Source: a virus. From it: a DNA stretch of 64,000 bases. A program made the position numbers and the translations under genes. Where the stretch lies: positions 5,169 to 69,168 of the IMG/VR virus record IMGVR_UViG_3300046714_000544; one strand, written 5' to 3'. Below, in pieces: positions 10,205-19,726 of the stretch. The notes beneath the pieces were generated by a model, which was given only the letters and a program-made list of their open reading frames with translations, was not told the DNA's origin and did no database searches. Numbering within the stretch: position 1 is the first letter of the stretch; the number at the start of each line of letters is the position of its first letter.

Positions 10205-10216
10205 ATGTGGTATAAT
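10188..10216 (+). promoter_or_regulatory. sigma70-type promoter (TTGTAA-17-TATAAT, extended -10)
   Basis: TTGTAA 10188-10193, 17-nt spacer, TGG-TATAAT ending at 10216, upstream of the ejection genes. Confidence 0.6.
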
Positions 10217-10247
10217 AGTAGTGGACTTTTTTTGAAGGAGACCCCTT

Positions 10248-11777
10248 ATGCCAGCTGACGCACGCGACCCTCTCTCTCGACAGAACCCTGCCGCTTCGGG
10301 CGGGAATCCTGCAATCAGGAACCCATACGGCGGCCTGCTGCAGATCCCAACTGGAAGCACGAATGCTTATGGGCTGTCGAATATGGACTACTCTGGGCAG
10401 GCGGCGCAGGCGATTGGGAGGGCGAGGGATACTCTGAGAGATGTGGAGCAGAAGAAGAATACGCGCTACCCGACTGGCTCCCTGATTCCTGGAATGTCGG
10501 GTTTTGGGGATATGAGGAGCACTCTCCCGGACCGGTCACCTGATGAGACCCTGGGGAATAACAATACAGGGGGTGGGGCGGAGGATCTTGGGAGGGCGGA
10601 TCGGCAGAATGCCGGGCAGCCTGAGGTGGATGGGTTTGGAAATCCGGTCCCCCCGCCTCCTACGGGTAACGTCTCTTCAATGCCTTCGACCACTGGGCAG
10701 GGGATGCCGCAGGGCGGGGAGAATGGCGGACCGGCGACGCTTTCTGGGATGAACACGGGTGCGCCCGCCACTGGTGGGGATATCTCCTACCAGCAGGACC
10801 CGGAGATGAAGGCGCAGTTTATGGAGGTCATCGACCTGTTGAAGCAGCAGGGTATGGGGGATCTTCAGGCACAGAAGGCCGCGCTTGATTGGTATCAGAA
10901 GCAGCATGGGCAGGCTGATGAGGACAGAACAAGGATGATGGATTGGGCGAACTCTGTGTTGGGCACGGGCTCTTATGCTGGCAAGTCCTTCGATCCCAAT
11001 AACCCCGCTGCCTTTGCAGGAATCGCTGCAGATGTAAATGGTCTTGGGCAAGATCTGGAAGAACGTAAGAGAATGATTGATGAAAGTTCTCTTGATCCTG
11101 CTACCAAGATGCGGCTTAAGGCGGAAGCTGAAGGAGAGACTTATTCTAAGAAAGCTAAGACTCGCCAAGATCAAATCGGCGCAGCACGACAATACATCGC
11201 CCATGATCAGGACGCAGCCAGGGCAGTCCAGCAAGCGCCCCAGACCGGCGGCGCAGGACAAGCTGCTGGCGCGGCTAATGCAAACCTTGGGATGCAGCTG
11301 AACGCGGATATTGCCGCGGGTGGGCAGACCCTACAACGAAATCAGTTCAACAGCGAGCTGGAGTATCGGAAGGCCCTCGATGCTTACAATCAGCAGCGTC
11401 AGGCTAGCAGGGATGCGGTCAGCGACAGTCAATGGGACAGGGACTATCAGCTTCGGGTGGATGCGGCGAAAAGGGCGGCGCAGGGAGGGAAGACCAATTT
11501 TTTGTCTACCCTGGGCGGCCTGCTTGGGAAGCTGGGTGGGGGTGGAGGTGGGGGTGGAAGCACCCTCGGCAACATGTTCTCCAACTCTGGCAGCAGCACC
11601 TCAGCCAGTTCCTCTCAGCTTGACCCCTCTAAGCCTGGACAGCAGGGAGATTTCCTCAATGAGGATGGCGGATATAATCCTGGAAACCGCAATGGGGATG
11701 AGAGTTACTACAATCCCAGCAGCCCCTTCAGTACGCCGAATGGTGGAACTGCTCGACCTGGCGATCCGTGGTGGTAG
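10248..11777 (+). CDS. Internal virion / DNA ejection protein
   Basis: Gly/Gln/Ala-rich low-complexity helical protein after the tail genes; AAGGAG SD. Confidence 0.55.
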   Translation: MPADARDPLSRQNPAASGGNPAIRNPYGGLLQIPTGSTNAYGLSNMDYSGQAAQAIGRARDTLRDVEQKKNTRYPTGSLIPGMSGFGDMRSTLPDRSPDETLGNNNTGGGAEDLGRADRQNAGQPEVDGFGNPVPPPPTGNVSSMPSTTGQGMPQGGENGGPATLSGMNTGAPATGGDISYQQDPEMKAQFMEVIDLLKQQGMGDLQAQKAALDWYQKQHGQADEDRTRMMDWANSVLGTGSYAGKSFDPNNPAAFAGIAADVNGLGQDLEERKRMIDESSLDPATKMRLKAEAEGETYSKKAKTRQDQIGAARQYIAHDQDAARAVQQAPQTGGAGQAAGAANANLGMQLNADIAAGGQTLQRNQFNSELEYRKALDAYNQQRQASRDAVSDSQWDRDYQLRVDAAKRAAQGGKTNFLSTLGGLLGKLGGGGGGGGSTLGNMFSNSGSSTSASSSQLDPSKPGQQGDFLNEDGGYNPGNRNGDESYYNPSSPFSTPNGGTARPGDPWW

Positions 11778-11784
11778 GAGGTAG

Positions 11785-12918
11785 ATGATGCATGGCTTTG
11801 GACTTCTCGCGCAGATTTTGAAGAGTGGTGGAACGCCTCCGCCGATGGGGGAGGCTCCTCCAGAGGGGACTCTCTCCACGCCGCCTCCTAATCCTGGAAG
11901 GGCAACGGGTGATACAGAACAGAGCGTCAGTGCGCCTCCGCCTGATACGGATCGGCCGGATGTGGGGGGTATTGGGGAACAGCCGTATGGGGGGCATGAT
12001 CGGGCAGGATGGGCCGACATACTGCCCACTGGGCTGGCCGGTATTGCTTCCATGATTGCGGAGAAGCATTCGAATCATGGCCAGGGTGGTAGTTTGTCCG
12101 AGGGCCTGGCTCAGTTGTCGAAGGGTTATGGGGATGAGCGGATGAACCAGATTACCTCTGCGACGAAGGAGAAGCATGACCAGGAGCTGGCTCTGATTCA
12201 GGATGCGCATAAGGCTTGGCAGGAGGTCCACGGGATGGACATCGCCGGCATGCCTGATGGGGTTAGGAAGAAGGTCGCGGAGCTGAACACGGTGTATAAT
12301 CAGGCGCTTCAGGATGGGAAGATTTCGCCCAAGGAGGCCCTTGAGATCTCCGCGTATGCTGGGATGGTGAAGAGGGCTGTGGGCGCTGGGAAGGAACAGC
12401 AGACGGCCGGCAGGGAAGCTGAGGCTTCGGTTAGCAAGGTGGGGGCGGATTTTGCCGGCAGGGCTGAGCAGCAGCGGCTGGCTGGGGCAGAAGACCCGCA
12501 GGCAGCTGCGGCGGGTGGCCTGAAGTATGACCTTGAGAAGCCCATCCGGGATCAGAAGTTGAAGGAGAAGGCCCTTAGCGATAAGGTGGATATTGCCAAC
12601 ATTCGCGCGAAGGCTTCCTTGGCGAGGATTAAGAAGGTGACGGATGGGATGGACCCGAAGAGGGGTGATCAGATCTTCCGCACCTACATGTCGGCGATTG
12701 GGAGGGCGATGAAGGATGATGATCCTGAGACCGCGGTGAGTAGGGTGGAGGATGCCTTCACGGCGCAGTATGGGGCTACGTCGCCCACTGGTCACGGGGC
12801 CGCGCCTTGGATGCGTCGGACAGAACCGCCTCCGGGTGGTGGGTATGATCCGAAGAGTGGCGTCCCCTTCGCCCCGCCAATTCAACTCGCCCCAGGGATT
12901 ACGGCCACTAGGAGATAG
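11785..12918 (+). CDS. Internal virion / DNA ejection protein
   Basis: AGGAGG SD; helical and Ala/Gly-rich; second of three large genes. Confidence 0.55.
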   Translation: MMHGFGLLAQILKSGGTPPPMGEAPPEGTLSTPPPNPGRATGDTEQSVSAPPPDTDRPDVGGIGEQPYGGHDRAGWADILPTGLAGIASMIAEKHSNHGQGGSLSEGLAQLSKGYGDERMNQITSATKEKHDQELALIQDAHKAWQEVHGMDIAGMPDGVRKKVAELNTVYNQALQDGKISPKEALEISAYAGMVKRAVGAGKEQQTAGREAEASVSKVGADFAGRAEQQRLAGAEDPQAAAAGGLKYDLEKPIRDQKLKEKALSDKVDIANIRAKASLARIKKVTDGMDPKRGDQIFRTYMSAIGRAMKDDDPETAVSRVEDAFTAQYGATSPTGHGAAPWMRRTEPPPGGGYDPKSGVPFAPPIQLAPGITATRR

Positions 12919-12920
12919 GA

Positions 12921-15900
12921 TTGCCAAAGTATTCGCTCAACGTCTTTGGCACTAACTACGACATCGACTCAGATAGGGATCTGAGTGATGATGAGTTGCG
13001 GACGCATGCTCAGTCGTTGATGGGCAAGCAGGACTCGATCAGTAAGCCTCCCACACCTTCCACGGATAATGGCTATGATGCCTCCACCGGACTGCTTCCT
13101 GGTTGGTTGAAGGAGGGGGCATCGAAGGTGATGGGGACTATCGGTCTGCCTGCACGCGCAGGATCGATGGCGGTTGATGTGGCTTCTGCGGAGGCACAGA
13201 GGGCGGCAGCACAAGAGCCGCGCGAAATTTCCTCCGATGAGAAGGATGCCCGGATGGTGCGGGCGCTTCGGTCGAATGCTGTTCCTGGAGCGGATATCAT
13301 GGACCAACCAGCGCAGGATCCCTCGCAGCCGGTGCGGATGGGAACTGAGACGGTGGTTGAGCCTGGCGCGAATCTGATCACGGGAGAGGGTGTTCATACT
13401 CCTGGGATGGGCGCGCAGAGCTTGAAGGGGCTGCAGGATATTGGGAATCTGCAGATCAATGGGCTCTCGGTTGAGCCAGATGCCTCGGCAGCGCAGACGG
13501 TTGGGGAGCGGAAGGCGGCTAATAAGAAGCTGTTCGAGGGTGCGGGAACTCTAGGTCGTGTGGGCAAGTTTGCAACCAGTGGCGCGGAGATTGCCACCGG
13601 AATGGCCCTTGATCCTGCGGTGGCTATGTTGGGGCCACTTGGAGAAGCCTCACAGAGTTCTCTCATGGCGAAGAGGGTGTTCACTGGGCTGCAGCGAACC
13701 ATGCAGGCAGGGATGGGTGTGGATTCGGTTGAGGGGCTCCATGACTACTGGGCCGCGGGGAATAAGTATGGGTGGAACAGTCCTCAGGCTGACGACGTTG
13801 GTGCCCAGGTGCTTACCAACATCGGCTCGATTTTGGGCCTTGAGGTTGCGGGGCATTTGGGGAAAAAGGCGGCGGAGGCTGGGAAAGCATCCGACACCAT
13901 CCAGCCCTTCGATCATGAGTTCCCGGAGCCGACAGCGCCTGCGATTGAGGAGCACTTCGGCAGTGGGGAAGCGGCGAAGCCGGAACTACTGGATTATACT
14001 GGCACAGCTCCAGAAGATCGTCAGCATGCCCCGAAGGACTTTGACACCGACTTCACCCCACCGCCGGTAAGGCCGGAGGGGCTTGAGGCGCAGCTCCAGG
14101 CGAAGAAGGAGGCGTTGAAGGGGAAGCCTATTGATGAGTTGCTTCCACCTATTGCCCCAGAGGCCGCACCTTCCTCCAACATCCGCTCGCCCAGGGAACA
14201 GTCTCTTGTTGATCAGGTCAACGAACGCCTTGACTATGAGGGCCTGGAGAAGGGGACGCCGGAGAGGCTTGCGCGGGGGAAGGAGATGCTGGCAGAGGGG
14301 GGCCTGCGAAAGGGGCCTAGGGCGGAGATGCTGGCGGAGAATGTGAGGGAGGAAGCTCCCAGGGAAGAGCCCATGGAGGTTGTCCATGAAGATGAACTGA
14401 CTCCTCCATCAGCAATCAGGGAGTATAGGGGAGAGATCAATGAGGGGGCTAATAATGCTCCCGAGGCATCCGTTGCCCATCTGAACCGCGTCCTCCAGAG
14501 TGATACTGGAAGGAAGGTTTACGATGCTCTAGAGGGGGCGGTGGGGATGCTGGATCCCGCTCTTGTCACTGGACCTGGGAAGGCGCAGGCTGGGGAGTTC
14601 GGCGGAATGGGCGCGGATTTTGCCGACACTAACAGCCGCATTCATGGCTTTAGCCAGAACGAACGCTCGCATGTTGACATAGCTTCCATCGCCGCCGAGG
14701 CAGTGCACAAGGGAGGTATTGAAGCTGAGGATAATGGGGCGGACCGAGGACAGGCGACTGTAGATTATTTTGTGAACAAGCTCTTGGATAACTATGTCCA
14801 TGAGTTTACCCATGGGCGTACTGGGGCACGGCATAATAATATGCCGTATGGTGAAAGTGGAATGACTCATAATGAGGCGTTCCATGAATTGTTTGACGCG
14901 ATGAAGGATAAGACATCGGAGCAGCGCCGGTTGCTTGAGACGCAGCTTAAGAAGCAGATTAACCTAGATGATGTGCTTCAGCTTAAGCGGATGGAGCAGG
15001 TGTTTCATTCAGAGGCATCAAGAGAACAGCGGGGTAATGGTGTTGATGCTAATGCTATGGTGGAAACGAATAAGGCTAGCGAGCCGCCAGAGTGGAAGCA
15101 GCTTGATCTGGATGAGCTGAGGGAGAAGAATAATAGGGAGGAAGGCTCCACACCTCTCTTCCACGCCCTGGCGCGGAACCTGATCGAGGGTGGCCGGGAG
15201 GTTGTGCGCAATCCTGGCGGCGCCCTAAAGCAAGTCGCGCGGACCAGTGAGCAGCTGTATCAGGCGGCCCTTGCGGGCGGCTTCCGGACGGCGGAGAGGA
15301 ACGTGGTCGCGGCCTCGGCGGAGGGTGGGTTGATGGCGATGGCCGACGGCCTTCAGGCGATCCGCCACACTCTCACAGGGAATAAGGAGATGGCCGGAGA
15401 ACATACGGCCAAGTTGCAGCAGAGGGTGAAGAATATTGCATCAGGGCATCTGTTGACATCATTGGCCGATACGATGGGGATGATGGTGGGGAAGGAGTTG
15501 CCTGGGAGGGTCGCGGGGGATAACCGCACCCTTGAAGCCATGGGCAGTGATCTTGTGCCCACCGACCTCCACGAACGTTTCCGCCACCTGATGGCATCGG
15601 ATGTGCAGACGGCGACGGGATCCCGACAGCTGACGAAGACGGAAGCAACGGGTCGGTTCATGATGATCTTCAATGAGCTTCAAGAGAGGTCTGCACGGCT
15701 GGGCGTTATGAAGGTGGAGCTGGCCCCGGTGATGAAGAAGTTTGCGGCGAAGGATTACAATGATCTGTGGCAGAAGGCGCAGGATGACCCGATCGCGAGG
15801 GTGGAGATTGGGGATGCCCTGGCAAAGGCGGAGACGGCCGCGCTTGAACGGACGAAGGGACTCGGCCCATCTGGGACGAAGTATGGTCAACAGCCTTACG

Positions 15901-17474
15901 GTTCCACAGCCCAGGGGGAGATTGCCAGGAAGGCAACAGCCTTCCTCAACAGCATCCCAGGCGTGAAGATCGTCACCCCCTTCACCAACTACACTATTAA
16001 CAACTTCATCGTGAACTTGTTGGAGAAGAACCCGATCACCGCCAACCTCACCGAGCGGGGGAATAAGGGGATTATGAATGCGTATGAGGGGGATATTCAG
16101 GGGTTGAAGGGTAGTATCGGTGACCTCCGTACCATTAGGAAGCAACGCCTGGATCTTGAAAAGCAAGCGCGGGATCAGTACAAGACCCTAGACGACTCCA
16201 TCCAGCTGAAGTTGCAGAATGCCGTACCGGGACAGAAGGGAAAAATCCGCTCCCAGGGGTTCAAGGATCTGCGCGATCTGAAGCAGCAGTGGGAGCAGAA
16301 GATTCAGCCCCTCCGGCAGAAGGAATACGCCAAGCAGTCGGATGTTGTCGGGCTTAGGAATAAGACGGAGAAGATGCAGTCGGGCGGGGTATACTCTGGC
16401 AGTTACAGGGCTGCCCTCACAACCACTGGGCCGTTGCTTATTGGCCTGGGGATGCTTGCTCGAATGCGCCGCGGGGAGGATGGCCTTGATGCTCTCCAAA
16501 CCCCTGGTGAGAAGGATGAGAAGGGGAATAAGCGGGTCAGGAACCTTAGCAGCCTGGTGGGGGGTGCGTCTCCCTACCTGATGGTCGGAGACTACCTGGC
16601 ACGGACGTACCTCCTGAAGAGTGACTACTACAACGGCCGTACCGGGAAGAAGGCCCTTGAGAGTGTGCAAGGTGGTGGGGCGGGACGGCCTGGGCCGGGG
16701 GACATCGTGGCCGCTGCTGGGGAGGGCGACCAGAAGTTTGCCGATGTGGTGAGGAAGTGGGCGAGTGGTGTGGGCGCCGGTTTTGGCAAGATGGCCTGGT
16801 TGGGGGACGTTCTTGATGCGGCTCGGGAGAGCCAGCTTGGGAAGAAGCAGACCGGCAAGCGGCCTGACCTGACGCGGACGCCCTCGAAGGAAGGTGTCCT
16901 ACTGCAACCGTTGAAGAGGGGCCTGGAGAGTAAGGTCGCGCCTGAGAAGGTTCAGGATGCTTACGACTCCAGCAGCGGGGAGAAGAGGGAGATCCCGGCC
17001 TTCTGGGATACCGTCCTTCATCTGGGTGCCTCGGAGCAGAAGTTGTCCCCCCTCAGTCAGTTCGTTCAGCGCCACCCTGATATCAGTCCCGCGGCGGTTT
17101 TCATGAAGCAGGCAGGCGTCCCGGAGTGGGATGATGCACGATACAAGGTGTTCCGGGAGCGGCTGGAGAAGGAAGTCGTCCCGGTTATCGAGGATGAGTC
17201 AATGCCGGATAACGTGAAGAAGCAGTTTGTTCAAACCCGCATCCGTAATATCATCACGAACGCTGGGGCAGAAGCCAAGAGATCTCTTCCGCCGACGCTG
17301 GTCCCTGAATCAGTTCGCGCGCAGACAGAGAAGAAGGTTCAGGGAGAACAAGTGCGCCGGGAGAATCGTAAGCTATTCCGCGCCCCCAAGCATAGTGGAG
17401 GGCTGAAGAAGAGGGAAGAGAAGAAGTTTGAGAAGGCACTTTCCGAAAGTACGACAGAAGGGGATCATTCTTAA
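12921..17474 (+). CDS. Large ejection/polyvalent virion protein with HExxH metallopeptidase motif
   Basis: 1517 aa; last structural gene; contains YVHEFTH...HNEAF. Confidence 0.6.
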   Translation: MPKYSLNVFGTNYDIDSDRDLSDDELRTHAQSLMGKQDSISKPPTPSTDNGYDASTGLLPGWLKEGASKVMGTIGLPARAGSMAVDVASAEAQRAAAQEPREISSDEKDARMVRALRSNAVPGADIMDQPAQDPSQPVRMGTETVVEPGANLITGEGVHTPGMGAQSLKGLQDIGNLQINGLSVEPDASAAQTVGERKAANKKLFEGAGTLGRVGKFATSGAEIATGMALDPAVAMLGPLGEASQSSLMAKRVFTGLQRTMQAGMGVDSVEGLHDYWAAGNKYGWNSPQADDVGAQVLTNIGSILGLEVAGHLGKKAAEAGKASDTIQPFDHEFPEPTAPAIEEHFGSGEAAKPELLDYTGTAPEDRQHAPKDFDTDFTPPPVRPEGLEAQLQAKKEALKGKPIDELLPPIAPEAAPSSNIRSPREQSLVDQVNERLDYEGLEKGTPERLARGKEMLAEGGLRKGPRAEMLAENVREEAPREEPMEVVHEDELTPPSAIREYRGEINEGANNAPEASVAHLNRVLQSDTGRKVYDALEGAVGMLDPALVTGPGKAQAGEFGGMGADFADTNSRIHGFSQNERSHVDIASIAAEAVHKGGIEAEDNGADRGQATVDYFVNKLLDNYVHEFTHGRTGARHNNMPYGESGMTHNEAFHELFDAMKDKTSEQRRLLETQLKKQINLDDVLQLKRMEQVFHSEASREQRGNGVDANAMVETNKASEPPEWKQLDLDELREKNNREEGSTPLFHALARNLIEGGREVVRNPGGALKQVARTSEQLYQAALAGGFRTAERNVVAASAEGGLMAMADGLQAIRHTLTGNKEMAGEHTAKLQQRVKNIASGHLLTSLADTMGMMVGKELPGRVAGDNRTLEAMGSDLVPTDLHERFRHLMASDVQTATGSRQLTKTEATGRFMMIFNELQERSARLGVMKVELAPVMKKFAAKDYNDLWQKAQDDPIARVEIGDALAKAETAALERTKGLGPSGTKYGQQPYGSTAQGEIARKATAFLNSIPGVKIVTPFTNYTINNFIVNLLEKNPITANLTERGNKGIMNAYEGDIQGLKGSIGDLRTIRKQRLDLEKQARDQYKTLDDSIQLKLQNAVPGQKGKIRSQGFKDLRDLKQQWEQKIQPLRQKEYAKQSDVVGLRNKTEKMQSGGVYSGSYRAALTTTGPLLIGLGMLARMRRGEDGLDALQTPGEKDEKGNKRVRNLSSLVGGASPYLMVGDYLARTYLLKSDYYNGRTGKKALESVQGGGAGRPGPGDIVAAAGEGDQKFADVVRKWASGVGAGFGKMAWLGDVLDAARESQLGKKQTGKRPDLTRTPSKEGVLLQPLKRGLESKVAPEKVQDAYDSSSGEKREIPAFWDTVLHLGASEQKLSPLSQFVQRHPDISPAAVFMKQAGVPEWDDARYKVFRERLEKEVVPVIEDESMPDNVKKQFVQTRIRNIITNAGAEAKRSLPPTLVPESVRAQTEKKVQGEQVRRENRKLFRAPKHSGGLKKREEKKFEKALSESTTEGDHS

Positions 17475-17859
17475 AGTAGTTGTCCCAGACGCCGGGCATG
17501 ATGTGCTTCCTGGCGACGGTGTTGACAGCATCTAGCCAGGAGTTGCGAACAACCGCGCCGTAGGTTCCTGGGACGTACTGATCAGCGGCGACAACAGGAA
17601 CACCGTTGAAAGTAACCGTATCCCAGCTTTCACTGGTGATACCTGAAAGATAGCGCTGAAAACGGGGCTGGCTGGTTGTGATGGTGGTGGAGAAGTCGTA
17701 ATGGCCTATGGGCTCATTAGCTGCCCCCATGTCCCATTCATCAGCCCAGTCACCGTTGTCCCCAAACCACCCCGCCGGCTTTTCTTCCCCACACTCGCAC
17801 CAGTTGTATTTGTCGTAGGCGTGGGTGTGGGGTTGCCAGGATTCTTCAGGTTCGCTCAT
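17254..17859 (-). CDS. Hypothetical protein containing major-capsid-like segments
   Basis: GGAGA SD plus ATG; QPRFQRY..WDTVTFNGVPVVAADQYVPGT aligns with this phage's MCP; 3' end overlaps the large virion gene antisense. Confidence 0.6.
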   Translation of the reverse strand: MSEPEESWQPHTHAYDKYNWCECGEEKPAGWFGDNGDWADEWDMGAANEPIGHYDFSTTITTSQPRFQRYLSGITSESWDTVTFNGVPVVAADQYVPGTYGAVVRNSWLDAVNTVARKHIMPGVWDNYFKNDPLLSYFRKVPSQTSSLPSSSALHYAWGRGIAYDSPGALVLPEPSSLSARELIQGPASAEEISWLLPQRS

Positions 17860-18006
17860 TCAACTTCTCTCCACAGAATGGGCAGTAGACAATCGGTACC
17901 TCGTTCTCCTCATCACAACTTCTGATGGTCCCATCCTCTAGAATGGTCGGCACACAGGCGTAGCTAACGGCTGCGTGAAACACTTCCAACCCCTCGCACG
18001 TGTGCC

Positions 18007-19158
18007 CTAGAACTTCCACTTCTCCAACCCTCCCATCGTAGGCCCTATCTTAGCCTCCACCTCAATCGACATCCCACCCAACTCCTCCCATCGTCGTTCC
18101 ATCGACTCCCGCATCATTTGAAGAATCCGCCGCTCCTCTCCAATACGCACCTGAGCAGTGATACTATCATGCGTGGGAATAAGCAGACTGAACGTCGTCC
18201 CTTCCTCAGGATGCCCACCGAGATCTACTAGGATCGTGCGCAACATTGCCGCCCCGGTTGACTGGGGCAAGAATGCCAGGCACTCCGATGCCTCCCTTGA
18301 CGGCGCCCCCTCCTTGTCGAGGACATTGAAAAAGCTGAGAGAGAAGCCGAAGGGTGTAGTAAGCCTCCCCTGGGTGTGCGCCTGCATCATTGTCGTGTTT
18401 TGCCATTGGACTATCTTCGGAAAGGCCCGTTCGATGACGGACCTGATTTCCTTTGTCTCCTTCACTGACTTGCCAAGGGTGCGCGCCATGTTGTATAACC
18501 CCTGGCGGTAGTTGAATGCGTTGTTGGCGATCTTTACTATTTTGTATTCGGTGGGGTAGCCGCCTTTAAGTCCATCGAGGTAAAGTCCCAGTGCTTTATC
18601 ATCCATTCCCAAGTCAGCGGGGCGGCCAAGGTAATGTGATAATACGAAGGCATGGGAACCCAACTTCGCGACTCGGATGTAGTCGGGGTCGTTGGCGAAG
18701 AATCCCACAAGCGTCGGCTCAATTGCTCTCCAGTCTAGTTCAACTAGGTGATATCCGGGATCAGGGAGGAAGGAGCTGCGGATGATTGCAGCTGCCTCTT
18801 CCATGATTTCGGAGCCGCGACCCTGCGGCAGGTTCATGAGGTTTGGCCGCTTGGCAGCAAGCCGGCCGGTTTTGACGGTCGTATAGAGGGGATGGATCTT
18901 TCCGTCCAGCCCTACCATCGCCTCCCCTAGGTAGCTCTTCGCCTGCTTGTAATGGCGGGCATCGAGGGTTAGGCCAAGGACTGCATCATCGAAGAACTTG
19001 CTGATGGACTCATTGTTGCTGGTCGGCTTCTTCGTGGTGCGATGGAGGGGGATCTTGTATCCCTTCCACTTCATGTAGTCGAGGACTTGCTTTGGGGAGA
19101 GGGGGCTGAAGGGCTCCGCGCGTGCCCACAACAGTTGTTCTTCTAGAGGGATCTCGAT
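18007..19158 (-). CDS. Family A DNA polymerase, polymerase (C-terminal) half
   Basis: TGRLAAKRPNLMNLP, motif A ELDWRAIE, motif B KIANNAFNY, motif C PTHDSI; probable ATC start 7 nt after GGAGG. Confidence 0.9.
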   Translation of the reverse strand: MEIPLEEQLLWARAEPFSPLSPKQVLDYMKWKGYKIPLHRTTKKPTSNNESISKFFDDAVLGLTLDARHYKQAKSYLGEAMVGLDGKIHPLYTTVKTGRLAAKRPNLMNLPQGRGSEIMEEAAAIIRSSFLPDPGYHLVELDWRAIEPTLVGFFANDPDYIRVAKLGSHAFVLSHYLGRPADLGMDDKALGLYLDGLKGGYPTEYKIVKIANNAFNYRQGLYNMARTLGKSVKETKEIRSVIERAFPKIVQWQNTTMMQAHTQGRLTTPFGFSLSFFNVLDKEGAPSREASECLAFLPQSTGAAMLRTILVDLGGHPEEGTTFSLLIPTHDSITAQVRIGEERRILQMMRESMERRWEELGGMSIEVEAKIGPTMGGLEKWKF

Positions 19159-19361
19159 CGATATTCCTCCATAACTTCCTGCGTAATATCGGTAGTGTCA
19201 AAGTCGTTGTCGGAGCTAGGCACATGATGAACTACATCCCAGATGGAGCCCTCATGATCCAGTATCTTCAGCCAACTCAGCACGTCTCGCCTAAGCCAGA
19301 TGCGCACCTGAACATCATCCCCAGAGACGCAGCTCATTGATAGGATCCAGCATTCTCTCAT
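19143..19361 (-). CDS. Hypothetical microprotein inside the split polymerase locus
   Basis: GGAGG SD plus ATG; 72 aa. Confidence 0.55.
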   Translation of the reverse strand: MRECWILSMSCVSGDDVQVRIWLRRDVLSWLKILDHEGSIWDVVHHVPSSDNDFDTTDITQEVMEEYRSRSL

Positions 19362-19532
19362 CTAGTCCTCCCAAAAATGATCATCCCAATGCTCCTTACA
19401 CCTAGCACACCAATCCCCACCCCAGCCGAAGAGCCACCTTAAACGGTCGCTCTTGAATTCTCCATCACCCTCTGGGCATATGCGGGCATCGGTAGGAGTG
19501 TACTCGTCGTAGTCATCGGACTCCAACATCAT
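19362..19532 (-). CDS. Hypothetical acidic Trp/Cys microprotein (56 aa)
   Basis: MMLESDDYDEYTPTDARICPEG...CARCKEHWDDHFWED; GAGG SD; ATGA overlap with the upstream ORF. Confidence 0.5.
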   Translation of the reverse strand: MMLESDDYDEYTPTDARICPEGDGEFKSDRLRWLFGWGGDWCARCKEHWDDHFWED

Positions 19533-19726
19533 TGCACCTCTCTAAGAATGTTAACCTCAACCTGCTCACCTAGGAACCGCTCCCAGCATCCGTCACACCC
19601 GAAGTGGAGTTCCCTGGCAAGGCGACTGACTTTCGTCTGGTCTTCCCACGGGAGGATGTAGAGGTAGGCCCGGGTTGCGGGTTCTCCACACCAGGCGCAT
19701 CCCTCTTCTTCCTCTTCTTGGGCGAT
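19529..19726 (-). CDS. Zinc-finger microprotein overlapping the polymerase N-half tail (start uncertain)
   Basis: CAWC...CDGC motif in an alternate frame. Confidence 0.4.
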   Translation of the reverse strand: MAQEEEEEGCAWCGEPATRAYLYILPWEDQTKVSRLARELHFGCDGCWERFLGEQVEVNILREVQ

